A DNA stretch of 64,000 bases from Candidatus Moraniibacteriota bacterium (lineage in GTDB: Bacteria > Patescibacteriota > Minisyncoccia > Moranbacterales > GCA-2747515), in assembly GCA_942490825.1 (NCBI GenBank), contig CALNYG010000005.1, positions 198,240 to 262,239 on the forward strand, read 5' to 3'. Shown here one piece after another: positions 62,566 to 64,000 of this stretch. Numbering within the stretch: position 1 is the stretch's first letter; each line of letters opens with the position of its first letter. A program made the translations under genes and the position numbers. Below the pieces are notes generated by a model. It searched no databases, had not been told where the DNA came from, and worked only from the letters and a program-made list of their open reading frames with translations.

Positions 62566-63069
62566 ATGACTGAAAATAATCAATTGGAAAAACAGGAAAT
62601 TAAGAGACCTTGGCAGGGAAATATTTTGTTGGTTATAGAAACCTTTGTTACTTTCCTAATTTTATCAATTCCGCTTTCTCAACTGTCGAATTATTTTTAT
62701 ATTTTTGAAAATTTGTTTGATTTTATAATAGCAAGAACTTTTTCTGTTGGTATTTTTTTAAATTTTGTTCCTGATTTTCTTTTATATAATTACTTAAATT
62801 TTATTAGTGAATTATATATTGTTGTTTTTTCTATTTTTTTAAACTTACTTTTTATTGTCAGTTTTTTAAAAGGAAAAAAATGGTCAATTTATTTAATTTT
62901 TATTATAGAATTAATTACATTAATAGTTTTTATTTTTGATCTTTATTCTATTGAATATCCTATTAAAAATGAGTTAAGAATTATTTATTCACTGATTGAA
63001 TTTTTTATTTTATATCTTTCAATAATTTGTCTAAAACATCCATTTTATAATCAGAAAAAAGTTAAGTGA
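62566..63069 (+). CDS. Hypothetical polytopic membrane protein, AT-rich
   Basis: Four to five TM helices; no motif recognised. Confidence 0.45.
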   Translation: MTENNQLEKQEIKRPWQGNILLVIETFVTFLILSIPLSQLSNYFYIFENLFDFIIARTFSVGIFLNFVPDFLLYNYLNFISELYIVVFSIFLNLLFIVSFLKGKKWSIYLIFIIELITLIVFIFDLYSIEYPIKNELRIIYSLIEFFILYLSIICLKHPFYNQKKVK

Positions 63070-63143
63070 ACAATGGATTGCAACCCATTGTTCAAAAAGC
63101 CCGTGCGGCGAGCACAATTTTCTTAATCATTAAAACTAAAATT

Positions 63144-64000
63144 ATGAAACATATAATTGGACATCGAAATCCTGATACAGATACAATTTGTAGTGCGATG
63201 GGTTATCAGAATTTTTTAAAAAATAAAAAAATCGAAAGTAAAGCTTTTGCTTTAGGAGATCTTAACAATGAAACAAAATTTGTTTTGGATTATTTTGATA
63301 TGGAGTTGCCGGATCAAATTTCTGAGTTTCCGCATGGGACTGAAATTATTTTGATGGATCATAATGAAGAAGGACAAAGCATTGAAAATATAAATGATTT
63401 GGATGTTGTTGAGATTATTGATCATCATAAAGTTAAATTTCAAACGGATAAACCAATTCGGATTCACATTGAGCCGTTGGGGTCTTCTTGTTCTATTGTG
63501 GCGAAAAAGTTTTTTGCGAAAGGTTTTGAGATTCCGAAAGGAGTTGCTGGAATTTTAATGGCAGGAATTATTTCTGATACTTTATATTTTCGATCTCCAA
63601 CGACTACTGATAAGGATCGAGAATTGGTTAAAAAATTAAATGAAATTGTTGGCATTGAAAATCTTGAAGAATTTAGTATGAAAATGTTTGATGCTAAAAG
63701 TGATGTAAGTGAAATTTCTACTGAAGATTTGGTGAAATTGGATTATAAACTTTTTGATTTTGGTGGTGAGAATTATGGAATTGGTGTGATGGAAACTACG
63801 AATAAGGATTTTGGATTAGAGCGGAAAGATGAGATTTTGGAGAATTTGAAGAAGATTAAAAAAGAGGATAATTTGAAAGGCGTTTTTCTTTCAATCATTG
63901 ATATTTTGAAGAAAGAGAGTTATACTATTTGTTCAGGTGATGAGGAAACTGAATTGTTTAAAGAGATGTTTGATGTTGAGGATCGGGATGGTGTTTTGTT
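63144..64000 (+). CDS. ppaC: Manganese-dependent inorganic pyrophosphatase (family II, DHH), 3' end beyond window
   Basis: Not in the track (no stop inside window). MKHIIGHRNPDTDTICSAMGY, ILMDHNE, IIDHHK, GIISDTLYFRSPTTT, DYKLFDFGG. Confidence 0.9.
   Translation, partial: MKHIIGHRNPDTDTICSAMGYQNFLKNKKIESKAFALGDLNNETKFVLDYFDMELPDQISEFPHGTEIILMDHNEEGQSIENINDLDVVEIIDHHKVKFQTDKPIRIHIEPLGSSCSIVAKKFFAKGFEIPKGVAGILMAGIISDTLYFRSPTTTDKDRELVKKLNEIVGIENLEEFSMKMFDAKSDVSEISTEDLVKLDYKLFDFGGENYGIGVMETTNKDFGLERKDEILENLKKIKKEDNLKGVFLSIIDILKKESYTICSGDEETELFKEMFDVEDRDGVL

Noticed and set aside
1-64000. Alternative genetic code (UGA recoding, as in some CPR lineages).
   Set aside because: TGA ends well-supported ORFs (for example 6736, 26524, 50825). 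Long conserved genes contain no in-frame TGA, so the standard code fits.

Overview
64-kb AT-rich bacterial chromosome segment (roughly one-third G+C by eye). It reads with the standard code: TAA, TAG and TGA all end long ORFs. Small genes, scarce Shine-Dalgarno sites, TrbC/VirB2-type two-helix pilin paralogs, a sortase and FemAB/MurE/L,D-transpeptidase wall genes suggest a Candidate Phyla Radiation (Patescibacteria)-like organism; this is inference, no search was run. Confident housekeeping calls: rpsO, rlmH, a TrmH-family methyltransferase, pnp, polA, holA, rpsT, murE, lemA-htpX, pyk, nusA, ppaC (3' truncated), three tRNA-Ser (GCU, UGA, GGA) and tRNA-Arg(GCG). Mobile DNA: one intact ISNCY/IS1202-like IS with a 15-bp target duplication, two decayed inverted ISL3 copies each with its own 8-bp duplication, and three copies of a ~195-bp MITE. 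Main unusual points: (1) three expression cassettes with conserved dual consensus promoters, a ~190-nt leader and 3' hairpins around unrelated ORFs (19.4-21.3 kb tandem pair; a diverged inverted copy at 29.8-31.1 kb); (2) a six-gene pilin-like cluster (56.3-60.3 kb) with a pilin/LAS-peptidase fusion, a double-domain pilin and a shared 5' module, but no secretion ATPase nearby; (3) a covalently duplicated PilB/GspE ATPase; (4) a modular intergenic repeat system (TAGA-rich tracts, GTAGA-flanked hairpins with covarying cores, a GGGGATTCTTCAC hairpin module, a GCCCGTGCGGCGAGCAC box 5' of genes, a self-nesting 20-nt mini-hairpin) that fills many spacers and is inserted in frame in murE. No CRISPR array, rRNA or reverse transcriptase was seen.
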